This document shows, piece after piece, positions 1-12,300 of a stretch of DNA of 61,440 bases. Below the pieces are notes generated by a model. That model was not told the origin of the DNA, made no database searches, and saw only the letters and a list, made by a program, of their open reading frames with translations. The stretch comes from Rhynchobatus australiae. Lineage: Eukaryota. Position 1 is the stretch's first letter. Each line of letters begins with the position of its first letter. A program made the position numbers and the translations under genes. The stretch is from the NCBI GenBank assembly GCA_034780895.1, contig JAUZTB010000001.1, positions 99,170,931 to 99,232,370 of the forward strand. The letters run 5' to 3'.

Positions 1-277
1 AGCTTACAATCTGGACAAATGAGTGAACCAGACACTGAATCATCAAGCTCTGGCACAGTCTGTGTTTTACTCTCGTAAGTAATCCAACAGAAGCACAACC
101 ACCTTTCTACTGCACTATTTGTATTTTAAATCTGGCTGGACTACCTGGCAACTGACCTGTTCACTCAGTTAATTTTTCTGGACTAGTCTCAACCAATGAA
201 GTTTTTGTAGTGCGAGATTGGAAATGCATCAGCTTATTCTTGTGCTTTTCTTTTCCCTTTTTCCTCTGTTGCAAAAG

Positions 278-318
278 GTCATTGAAGATGTGTATCAGAA
301 AGAAATTGTAAAGACAAA
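278..318 (+). CDS. AQR: AQR exon 3 (41 nt)
   Basis: aag|GTC...AA|gtaagt; [13 protein letters not shown]. Confidence 0.9.
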
Positions 319-3300
319 GTAAGTTTTATCTTTTTTTGTGTGAAATGTCTTTTTTTTGTGCAATTTGTATATTATTTTAAAAACTTCAAAATCTAAAAGC
401 ACATTTCATCATGTCACAAAACCGCATTTCACAATGGCCAAATTGTTGCTTTTAGCAGAATAAAGGGCCAGATTTTGCTGGCTGTCCATGAGCATTCAGC
501 CATTCTTATAGAAATAAGTCCCAGTCTAACGTACATTGCTAAAAGTTGTAGATTCCACCCANNNNNNNNNNTTTTCATTTCAGTGGGGATTCTTGGCTTG
601 AGATTCTGAGAAAAAAGGTTATTATTTAAAGTGTTGGACTTTAGTTCAATGTTTAGGATGTGTTCCTAATGAAGTTGTTTTTCTTAATTTTTATTTACAT
701 TAATTTAAATTTTTAAGTGTGTCTGAATGTCAGAAAAGAGAGCAGGGCATTAACTCCCGATTTCTGCTTCAGGTGAGAACAGCAGGCAGGAGCCATGGAC
801 AGCAAATCCTGGTTGTAGGTCAGGGCCAGGAAGATCTGTCCCCATGTTTTTAACAGGGGAAAATGATCTGTTTTCCTGTTCTGTCGAGTGGTCCATTTTA
901 AATACAGCACTGGAAATGCTCAGCAGGTCTGGTGTCTATACTGAGAGAAACAGTCACAGCTTGAGGATCATTTATCANNNNNNNNNNNNNNNNNNNNNNN
1001 NNNNNNNNNNNNNNNNNNNNNNNNNNNNNNNNNNNNNNNNNNNNNNNNNNNNNNNNNNNNNNNNNNNNNNNNNNNNNCACAGCTTGAGGATCATTTATCA
1101 GAATATTTCTTTCAGGTTTCCATATTCTTACAGTACGATGCTTTTATTTGTTTTGTACATGGGTCCCCCTATAAACAATGTTTGAGAGAAATTAAAATGA
1201 ATATGCGCATTTTACTTAATTAACAGGGCAAGATGGGGTAAGGGAGTGAATTGATGTTGCCAAGCAACCATAAAACAAGTGTAGCAGCGTGCACTTGAGC
1301 CAAGACAGCAAAACACACCACTCATTCTTTCAATTTCAAATTAAGTTAAGAATAGAAATATAAGAGTGAATGCACACATCTTACCTTTCGTGAAATCCAG
1401 TTTTTTGCATTGAAAAGCCAAATTAAAATATGTTCTCTGTTTTCTAACCATTTAAAAAATTTTTTGAACAGTATTAATTTTTTGAAGTGAAGTTTAATTC
1501 AGTACTATTTATTTGAAGAGAAGAAATTAAGGATTTAATTGACTTTATTCTTCACTACTTAGCCTTTCATATGTTCAGAGAGGTAAATGAAATGTTCCTT
1601 TGGGTGCTTGGAGAATTTGAATCTGAGACTTTGTAAAACATCTCATTAATCATGAGAGTGGGGCTAAAGCAGCATGTTTTTTAATCATAAATTTTTGGAA
1701 ATAACAATTCAATGTTTGTTCCTTTTTTCAGATTTGCGATTAGAAAAATTATGCTGCTTGAATTCAGGTAATTGTATTTGATATTTTTTCTTTTTCAAGT
1801 AGTTAACATGTTTGCCCCATTTTTAAAACTCTTTAATCAATGTTAAGCTTCCAATTTACCTTGTGTGTTTTTTCTCCTGCAAAATGGACAGCCAGTATCT
1901 AGAGAACTATCTGTGGCCAAATTACTCCTCAGCTGTATCCAGTAATGCCTACCTAATGTCCATTTGCTGTATGGTAAATGAAAAGTTTCGAGAAAATGTT
2001 CCTGCATGGGAGGTAAGAGGCATTTTATTATCTTTTTGCAGAGATCAGTGTTGCTGCCTATCCTTCTGTTAAAAGGTGTGATCATAGTTGAATTCCAAAG
2101 GTCTGCAATCTCATGCTGTTGCACCAAGGAGTGACCGTGTGAAGATGTCTGGCTATGATTTTGCAAAAAGCAAACAGCTGGTTCCTTTTCAAATAGTTGC
2201 AGGCAGACACTCTTCACTGATTTTCACTCCCATATTGAAAATAAATAAAACCGCAGGACTAATAAATAGCTTGGTATTAGTAGTGCATTATCGGTTACTG
2301 GAAGAACACTCACTTGTCTTTATTTGAGAACAAGATAAAGAGGGAACTTCACTGATTCCCAGCTCACCTGACATTTCATGTTGAGCAGCTGTGAATAAAG
2401 GCTTGGAACCCATGGAGCAGCATATACTGTATTCTAAAGGCACTCGTCAAGGTGAAATGCCTGCACTGTAACTACATTGCATATACATTGCAGGAAACAG
2501 CTTCTCTTTATGCACTTAACATTTGAACATGTTTGGATTGAATGTTCCTTTTCTCAATAAACATTAAATGTACACATCACCTTTGTTTTGCAAAAGGGAT
2601 AATATATTGAATTTTAAATTAACTTACAAAAGGCTGTGCTGGGTGAAGAAGTTTCTACCTCCAGTGCTATATTTATATTCAGTTGATATCATTTACATGG
2701 TTACGCCTTTTTCTAACTTTGACCTTAGGAAACATCTGCATCTTTTTTAACTTTAGACGTTTACACAGAAGCCCGAACACTTTCCCTACTTCTTCAAGTG
2801 TATTTTGACTGCATCTCTTGCTGAAGGAAGTAATCTTACACTGCGNNNNNNNNNNNNNNNNNNNNNNNNNNNNNNNNNNNNNNNNNNNNNNNNNNNNNNN
2901 NNNNNNNNNNNNNNNNNNNNNNNNNNNNNNNNNNNNNNNNNNNNNGCGCGAGCAAACTGTTTTGTTGGTCTTTCTTGATCACTGCTTCAACAGCTTGGTA
3001 AGTTTGAATATAAAACATTGAAATTACTTAGATCATCTTTTCCTGTTACATCTTTGCTCCTTGGATTTCTGTAATTTTTAAGTGAGTATGGGCACTTTGA
3101 TATGGAACAGATTTTATTCATTTACAGCACAGTAATTGGCCTAATTGTACACAGAAAACAGTGCTTGGTTCTGGTATTTGTCAAGTTCTGTAAACAGCAT
3201 TCTTAACTATAATTTGTGTACAGCAAAGATGAGACATTGTGGATACCTAAAACTGGGACAATTATAGTGTACTTAAAACCCACAAATAAGACTTTTTGAC

Positions 3301-6300
3301 CAGTTTCCAATCTCTTTTGAAGATCAGGCTGTTTGAACTGTTATCTTTCTTTGCTTGAGCAAATGAATAATTCTGTCTAGGCTTTCTACACTAGCCTGGA
3401 AATTTGCACTTTTGTCACTGGTATGAAAATAGGAAATTATGGAAGTGTTCAGCTCAGACATCAGGTCCATGATCATTTACCAGAACTGGAAAAAAATCAG
3501 AGATAAAAAAAATTATGATGCAGGGGAAGGAGGGGAGCAAAGAACAAAAGGGAAGATGCACTGAAAGGCAGGGGAAATTAAATGGCAAGGGATGTTAGTG
3601 AAAAACAAATGCAATGAGACATGTAAAGAAATGAATGATGGATCTAGAGTTGCCATAAATGGGAACAGCAGAATCTTTAACTGAAATTATTGAATGGTAT
3701 GACGAGGCCACTCCTAAACATTAAAACTGTACACAGTTAACCACTCTTCTTCGGCTTCATTACTCCCACTGATTTGCAATCATCACGTGATGTATTAAGC
3801 TCTATTCTTTATACCTTAGAAATGATTGCTCCAAGTTATGAGAAAGTTTGACTTTAAGTTCTTAAATTACCAAGATGTCCAATGTGCAGTTTTGCAGGAT
3901 GTCCAGTTTTTTGCATTGGGATTTCAGTAAGGTTTTAAAGGAAGAGAATATGGATAAAAGAGAAGTTGGGTCACCCAACATTTGATTAAAAGTTAACTAA
4001 TTTACTTTTTTCCACTCGGTGTATTGTGATTCAATGACTTGAATTCTGCTTTCATGTGTCTTTTGTGAATTTTGAATTCTGTTTCGTCTGTAAGAAGGCT
4101 TTTTTTATAATCAGTAATAGTTGTAAGTTTGTTGAATGCAATTTTGTAAAGCATTGTTGAAAAAAATTCATTGTTTTTCGACCTTCGTTCACAACATGCA
4201 GTTTTGAGTCTGGATGATACCATACTGCACCATTAGGGGGCCTCAGCTGAACATGTTAGCTTTACTTCAAATGCAGGTGTAATATTTTGGAGGCATAAAT
4301 TGAGAATCATGTCAATCATCACCTTAGGTGATGTAAAAACATTTAGAGAAAATATTTTGCGAAGATTTCCATTCTCTGATATCAACTAAACATTTTTTTA
4401 ATATGTGAAAAGTCTTGTTATATAATACAATTTGAGTTCTAAAGGAGACATTGCATTGATAAGATTAGGACAAGCTTGTTTCCCGTTCTTATTTCATAGT
4501 ATATTTTGGGGGGTTAGAATCGTAATATTGTTGTAGACAATATTTATTTTACAATGAAATTATCTGTACAGCATTGTTTCTATCATTGTCAATCACACTA
4601 TGAGCATGATTTCATAACTTGAAATAACTTGATATCTTCTAACAGGAAGTGGATCTAATTCGAGAGCAGGTGCAACGTCTTATTTCCCTCCCAATGTGGA
4701 TCTGTTTACTCTCGGTAAGTTCTGTGACCATTCACAAGTCTCCATGAAAGTATTAATGCATGTTTGTGGTAAACATTTTTGTTGAGAAGTTGTACTGAGC
4801 TACATTTATTATCCTTCAGCAAATACTGCTTGACATTTTCAAGCATGGTTAGATAATTATGGGTTTATTTATAAAATTTGGGTATAGAGCAATTTCCTGA
4901 CCAGGGTAACACTAAGCTGCCTTTTAATGTTTAATCTGTTTTGTAACCAGTCACGCCTTGAACATGAACTGAAAAAGACGCCAAAGCTGAGGAAATTCTG
5001 GAATATGATCAAAAAAAAGGAAGAGAAAATAGATGAAAAAGCTACAGAACAGTATGTATTATAGTCACCAGCTGTTGGGTTGTTAATATTTTATAATTCT
5101 TGTGATCTCAATTATCATTGCACTTGTCTGTTAATTCAAACTGCTTAACATAAATTTGGATACTATATTTTCACATTGCATTTACATCACTGACCTTACT
5201 TTCAAGTTTTTTAAAGTAGAAAAGTTTGTTTTTAGAACATGCGGCTTTGTGAAGTCACCATTTGCTGTGCCACAAGTACACCAACAATATCTTTGTTTCT
5301 TAACCAAAAGGGCAGATCAAGAAAAACGATTCCTCTCTTGTCTGATCAGCAAATTCCTTCAAGTTTTAAAAAGTATTCCTCTTTCAGGTAATTATTCATG
5401 CACCTTTGTTTTTACCTCTCCTATTTTCGTTTTCCTTAAAATATTAATCAAGGGCACAAATTATAATTTTCATTGTTGAAAATGTGTTGCAGTTGTGGTT
5501 TTGGTGTAGTAGTGCTGAAATTTGGGGCACAGTTCATGTGGACAATTAATTGTGATGAAATCGGCTAATGGTAGAAAAAGTGCCTGACCCCAAAATGGTG
5601 CATGTCTGCCGATGATGGAGTCATTACAGTGCAACAAACTTTTCCTATCTGGCATGTTTAACATCAGATTTATTTTGTTAATGGGATTTCCTGTAACCTA
5701 GGCTTTTGGATAAAGAGTAATTATCAGCTAGAAATTGCTAGGAAAAGCCGGCAGTCAGTGCAAACCTTTCATTTGAACTCTGACAGAGTGTNNNNNNNNN
5801 NNNNNNNNNNNNNNNNNNNNNNNNNNNNNNNNNNNNNNNNNNNNNNNNNNNNNNNNNNNNNNNNNNNNNNNNNNNNNNNNNNNNNNNNNNNTGTTCCAGG
5901 CTGTGCTCTGATTTGGACTCAGCATGGATACCTTGCTGCAATTCCCCAGCAATTACACTGGGAGATCTTCATGCTGAACCTGAGCTAGGTTAGAGCTGGC
6001 ACAAGAGCAGGATACCCATTTACTTGAATGAAAAAGAAAGGTTACAAGAAAGAAGGGCATGTATCAGATAATTTACAATGTTAAAAATTTACCAATAACT
6101 TCATGTCTTTTTGATTTTGAGTGGAATTATGTGCTATTTAAACTTTAACCTTCAAAACGTTTCATTGTTTAATTGGTTTTCAATTGCTTTTAATTTTTTT
6201 TCTGATTGTCAGGGGCATTCAGAAGCAGTTAAAACCTTTTGAGAGTCATCAGGGATTGTGGCTTTGTCAGCTGTTGATTTCTTTCCTGCTACATTATGAG

Positions 6301-9300
6301 TTGGGCGCATTCTCTTTTCCTCACCCACACATGTTGGCCTTGCATTTTTGAATCCAGCCTTTTTTGGGCAGCAGTTCAACATGGGTGGATATGAAAACTT
6401 AAGTCCACACNNNNNNNNNNNNNNNNNNNNNNNNNNNNNNNNNNNNNNNNNNNNNNNNNNNNNNNNNNNNNNNNNNNNNNNNNNNNNNNNNNNNNNNNNN
6501 NNNNNNNNNNAATCCAAAGACCAGCAGGATAAATTACTTTGAACCAATCACTGTCTAGCATCTCTGAATGGAGTTCCTGCAAAGCTTAATACAAAAAGGG
6601 GATTGCAATTAACAGTGCAGAAATAATGAATATTTGTTAGCAATTTTTCTTTTACTTCTACTCACATATTTTACTTAAATGTATTCATGACACCATTAAC
6701 TTCTACATAATTGAAGTTGAGACTATCTTTTGCGATTGGCATACTGTTGCATTACCTGCCCGAGCTCCAGTCAGCAAGGTGTTCTTTCCTCTGGCTTTGG
6801 TGGGCTAGAGGTTTCTATTTGAGGCAGGGATTTTCAGAACTTCATTGGTACTACCACACCATGCTCCCATCAAATGGACACCCTGAGGGGATGCTAGGCA
6901 ACAAGAGCACGAGTGGCCATGAGTGAGGCTGCTGTTTTCCAGGTCAGGCCTGTTCTGCAAGTCCTTTGTTTTTTAAAAAAAAGTGTAGTGACAGGCAGAT
7001 GTTTCAGCAGTGCTTATGATGAATTTAGTAACAGAGCCTTCTCAGCAGGGTGTATTTTCCAACTTATGGACAAAATTGGCTTCAGGACATCTGTAAAAAG
7101 AAAACCCATTTGTTACCTGGGGACAGACTGTATGTAGAATAAAGTANNNNNNNNNNATGGTGGTGGCTCAGGGAAATGTAGAGGTTAGTGTTGTGGGAGA
7201 TGCATTAGATCATTTAATGTTTGCAGTTGACAAAGCTCATTAAAGAACAGTGCAGGCACCTGGCGAATTCCCAATGAATGTCTGGCGCTTCATGCTTCCT
7301 CGTTACACTGATGCAGTATCATCATTGTTGTTGTTCACTAGAATAAAATTTCCATCAGAAACCCCAGTGCAAGCATCTTCAAGAATTGAGAAGGAAATAT
7401 ACTGGCATCTGATATTGCTGATGGCTCTCTTTAGCTCCTCTTTCCCGAGTGAGAAGACAACTAAAACGCAAATCTGCAGTGTTTCTCTTGCCACTCCAAA
7501 CATATAAGAATAAAACTTCTTTTCACACCTTATTCATATTGAAGAACTAAACAAATTGCACAGTTCAGGTATGAACAACATCAATCTGCATCAGCAGCCA
7601 TTAATGCAGGAAAAAGAGTTCCTTATTTCAGAAGAGAGGATTTGAATAGGAGATTGAGTCTTTCAGGGAAATACTAGTCAGGAGCAATGCCAGTTAAGCA
7701 GGGCCTGTTATTGTACATTGGCTGAGAATTTGCAGTCAGCAATAAACCACCCACGCTCTCTGCTGNNNNNNNNNNCAGCCTCACTGGGGTCCCCTGCGCT
7801 GCTGCCTCCCTTCACCTCTTCACCTCCCTGAGTTGCCAGGCTTCCAGATTTCACTCCTTTTTTTTTGCTGCCTCCTTCAGAAGTTGCTACATTGCCAGAT
7901 CCAATCTCAGCAGGGAAGGCCAGTGCAGTGACAGACTGTCCACTCGTGGATTCTCTCACTTGGGCAGGGGAGGGTAAGGAGGTGCACAACAAGCATCACC
8001 CATGAAAATGCTGAAAAACTTTGATACTTGACTAAGCCACATCCCTCTGACACTCAGAAACATTCCAAAATTCTATATGAAAGCAATCAAGCTGTTAAGG
8101 TATTTTGAAGATTATTATTTAAAAAAAACTCTAAACACTTAAATAAGTAAATAGTACTAGCAGTTATGCCTAACTCCTTGCAATCGTTTTCTATTGGGTG
8201 AATTCCTGAATGCTGGCCAGTTGCAGCAACTATATACCCTGTTGCTGAACTCCATGGGTGCAGTAGAGCTCCAGAGACCCAGGTTCAATCCTGACCTCTG
8301 GTTCTCCCAGTGACTGCGTGGGTTTTCTCCGGGTGCTCTGATTTCCTCTCACATTGCATAGACATGTAGGCTGTAGGTTACTTGGCCACTGAAAGTTGCC
8401 TCTCGGGTGTAGGTGAGCGGTAGAATCTTGGGGGTGGGAGGGAGTTGATGAAAATGTGGGGAGAATTTTTTTTAAAAAATGCAGTTAAGGTTTGATGATA
8501 AATGGGTGGTTGGATGGGCTCTGAGGGTTGATGGGCCTTTTTCCCTGCTGTATCCCTCTGTGACTTTGAGGAACTTGCTCTTGGGAGCACAGTTGGGAAA
8601 TCAGTGAGCAGCTGCCAGCAAATTTGTGCCCTCTGTTTGTGTGTGCAGAAACTCTGAACATACCGGCACTTATGCCAAGAAATTTGCCCTTAAAATCTGG
8701 CCCACTGTTTTAAATCCTTTGTTTGTGTCCAGGTTTATTATTTATAGTCTTAATGGGAAATCTCTCTACAAGCTGTTCTGGACCTTTGATGTGCTGGAAA
8801 TTCAGGGAGTTAGAGTATAGGGCAAAATATTTTGCATTCTGAAGGAATACCAACTATATTAACACTGATAAAAGATGGAATAAGCAGAACTATAATGAGA
8901 GATGGTGAGGTCAGAGAGAAAAGTTGGAAATTATTTGTCTAGGATATTTTCTTGTATCCTGTCCTGAAACAAAGGAGATAAAATGGCCTTAATGGTGTTA
9001 AATCAGCATTAATGACCCATTGAATTTGTAATGTCTTTTTCTTTCCTTCTCCCAAGGAGAGGTTTTTCTATTTTTGTATTGGTGTTAGATCTAAAATTTA
9101 ACATAACTTGTTGAATCCTTTCGGCCCACAAAACCACTGCCAACACCAGTTCCTCAACTGCAGCTATCGATTATGACCTCTTTTCTCTCCCCCTTCTTCA
9201 TGTGCAGTGGTACAATAATATGTTTTAGATGTCACCTGGTGAAAAACACTGAACATAATAATTCTCATTCTGCATCTGGTGGCAACAGTCTTGCTTTCTG

Positions 9301-12300
9301 CCCACATTGAAGCCCTTTTTTTTAATCAGTTTGAAGCTTCACTTAAATTCTATCTCTGAGCTTCTCTGTTCCAATGGAAACAGTTTATTTCCCTGCATTT
9401 CAGAACTGGAATATATCATTCCTGCTCTCATTTTAGTGAATCTTCACTGTTGTCTTTGCCTGGCTGTGATATCCTTACTCTAGTAGATGTCTAGAATGTC
9501 AAATGATATTCCAACTGTTCATTGTCCAAATTCAGCAAACTTTTATTTTCATTTTTCACATTTTCAGATATATGGGATCAATAACTCAGTTTCCCTTTTA
9601 TGCATCCCACTTTTAAAGATTCATTATTTGTGAGAGCTTTTATTGAAGCTTATTCAACCTCATGACTTTCATTTGTTATCACTCACTTTCAGAAACTAAT
9701 CTTACGTTGAAGATCTCGATATCTCATTTTTCATTATTTGTGATTTAAATTTTTTTATTTATGCTACTCTTCTCCCACCTCCCCTCGAGCTCCAATTAAA
9801 CGTCCACGCACACAATTGTTTTCCTAGGTATGAGGCTGCTCTTGCAACCTTTTTCTTTGAAGAAAGTAAGAAAGTATGAAATGATTGATGTAGGTCTATA
9901 TTTTGCATTATTACATTTGTATGTTTTTCACTTGTACGTAGGGTCAGTCAGCATGGATATGGTTCATTATTGTGAGAGATTTGTCGAGCTTATGATAGAT
10001 TTGGAGGTAAGCAAGTTCTGTTCACATAATGGATGTTGCATATAAATTCTAAAATGGTTGGTTGGCAAATCAGAATGCGGTAATCTGGCGTGTTATGAAA
10101 GTCAAAGTCAAGTTTATTGCCACATGCAGAAGTATATGTATACACAGGTGCAATGAAAAACTTACTTGCAGCAGCATTCACAAGAAAAACACAGATTAAA
10201 CATAAATTATATACAATATTTACAAGAAAACACAATTAGGACAAAAAATGACCAATTCCATTTCAGTGCAGAGTGGTCATAATGTTGCTAAACTGTAGTG
10301 ATTAGGGTTTTGCTGGTTGGTTCAAGAACCAAATGGTTGAAAGGAAGTAGCTGTTCTTGAAGCTAATGGTGTGGGACCTCAGGCTTCTGTACCTGGTGCC
10401 CAGTGGTAGCTGTGAAAAGATGATATGGCCCAGATGGTGGGCATCTTTAATGATAGATATTGCCGCCTTGAGATAGCGCCTCCTGTCGATACTACCAGTG
10501 GTGGTGAGGAATGTGCCTGTGATGTATTGGGCAAAGTCCACTACTCTCTGCAGCTTCTTACATTCCTGTGCATTTAAAATGCTGTACCAGACTATGATGC
10601 AACCAGTCAGGATACTTTCAGCAGTACATTTGTAGAAGTTTGTTTGAGTGTTTGGTGACAAGCTGAACCTCCTTAACCTCCTGAGAAAGTAAAAACCACT
10701 GGCACGTTTTCTTTATCATTGCACCTTTGTGCAGAGCCCAGGACAGGTCATCTGATATGTTAACGCCCAGGAATTTAAAGCTGCTCTCTCCACTGCTGAT
10801 TTCCCCCACGTAGACTGGCGCATGTTTGCCCTCCTTCCCCTTCCTGAAGTCCAGAATCAGCTGTTGACTTCAGACATTTTGCTGACGTAAACATGGCTGA
10901 ACTGACAACGTGAGTTTTGGACTACAGATGCAAGTTCAAATCTGATCTCATCACCTGGGGAATTTAAAATCAAGTAATTAATTAACCTTTGAATTTAAAA
11001 AGAGTAGTCTCCGTAATCGTAACAATGGAATTACTGGATTGTGATAAAAATCCTTCCAGTGATTAATGTCCTCGAGAAATGAAATCCACAATTCCTACCC
11101 AGTCTGGCCTTTATAACTGCAGATCCACTGGTGTGGTTGACTTTTTCTGCCCCCTCAGTTCAAGAGCATTTGGGGATGGGCAGTAAGTGCTGGCATTGCC
11201 AGCAGTGTTCACAAACTATGAACAAAAACATTTTTAAAATAAAAATGACATTGATGTGAGTACTTGGTTAAATTTGCTTAGGAATGGATCTTTTAGTTTA
11301 GAATTACAAAATAGGATCCTATAGAATTACAAAATAGGATCCTATTATGGATGATTGAAAGACCTGTTTAATTTACACTATTTATACATTTCTTTAAAGG
11401 CACTGCTCCCAACTCGACGTTGGTTCAGCACCGTTCTGGACGATTCTCATTTAGTCACTCACTGCTACCTGTCTCACCTTGTCCAGAGGGAAAAGGAAGG
11501 ACGACTTTTCAGTCAGGTGAGTCTTGGCAACAAACAGATACAACCACTTTCACTCATAGTAGGAGAAGACTGTCTGGTGATAATTTCCCAACAAGCCTCT
11601 TGGAAATCCTGGCAGAAAGGGATGCACGTACAAAAAGAGAGGTTGTGGGATTATGTTGTGATGACTGCAGGTTGAGTTTTCACTATAAACTAAAATGTTG
11701 GAAGGAAATAGAAGCTCTTACTCACCTTTTGGACTTTAGCAATGGCACATATGGCTCCCTGGTCCCCATGACTGAAGCAGGTTGTGTGGAATAGTAACCT
11801 CTCACCACAAAATCTTTTGAAAAGAGAAAAAAAAAAGTCCAGTATGTTGAGGTTTATTTTTGAACCCTGACTCGGCAGCTGGGGAAATTAAATCAAGTGA
11901 TTAAGTAAACTTAAAAGTAAATAAAAAATGCCAGCAAGGGTAACTATGAAACTACTGGATTGTCACAAAAATCCATCTGGTTTATGAGTGTCCTCTAAGG
12001 AAGGAAATTTGCCATCCTGACCCAGACTGGCCTTTGTGNNNNNNNNNNNNNNNNNNNNNNNNNNNNNNNNNNNNNNNNNNNNNNNNNNNNNNNNNNNNNN
12101 NNNNNNNNNNNNNNNNNNNNNNNNNNNNNNNNNNNNNNNNNNNNNNNNNNNNNNNNNNNNNNNNNNNNNNNNNNNNNNNNNNNNNNNNNNNNNNNNNNNN
12201 NNNNNNNNNNNNNNNNNNNNNNNNNNNNNNNNNNNNNNNNNNNNNNNNNNNNNNNNNNNNNNNNNNNNNNNNNNNNNNNNNNNNNNNNNNNNNNNNNNNN

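Noticed and set aside
955-1100. Direct repeats flanking 100-N gaps (also at 27986/28095, 32939/33049, 42178/42292, 47778/47892, 58229/58364 and 60661/60860)
   Set aside because: Identical sequence on both sides of fixed-size gaps is the signature of unmerged overlapping contigs, not TSDs or biological repeats
5290-5310. TTCTTAAC close to the exon 9 acceptor, resembling a U12 branch box
   Set aside because: Only 6 nt from the exon start, and the intron donor is GTATGT rather than GTATCCTT
460-8705. GGGCCAGATTTT (about 465) and AAAATCTGGCCC (about 8692) as possible TIRs
   Set aside because: They are 8 kb apart and span six AQR exons, with no TSD; more likely ends of separate MITE-like repeats that I cannot delimit
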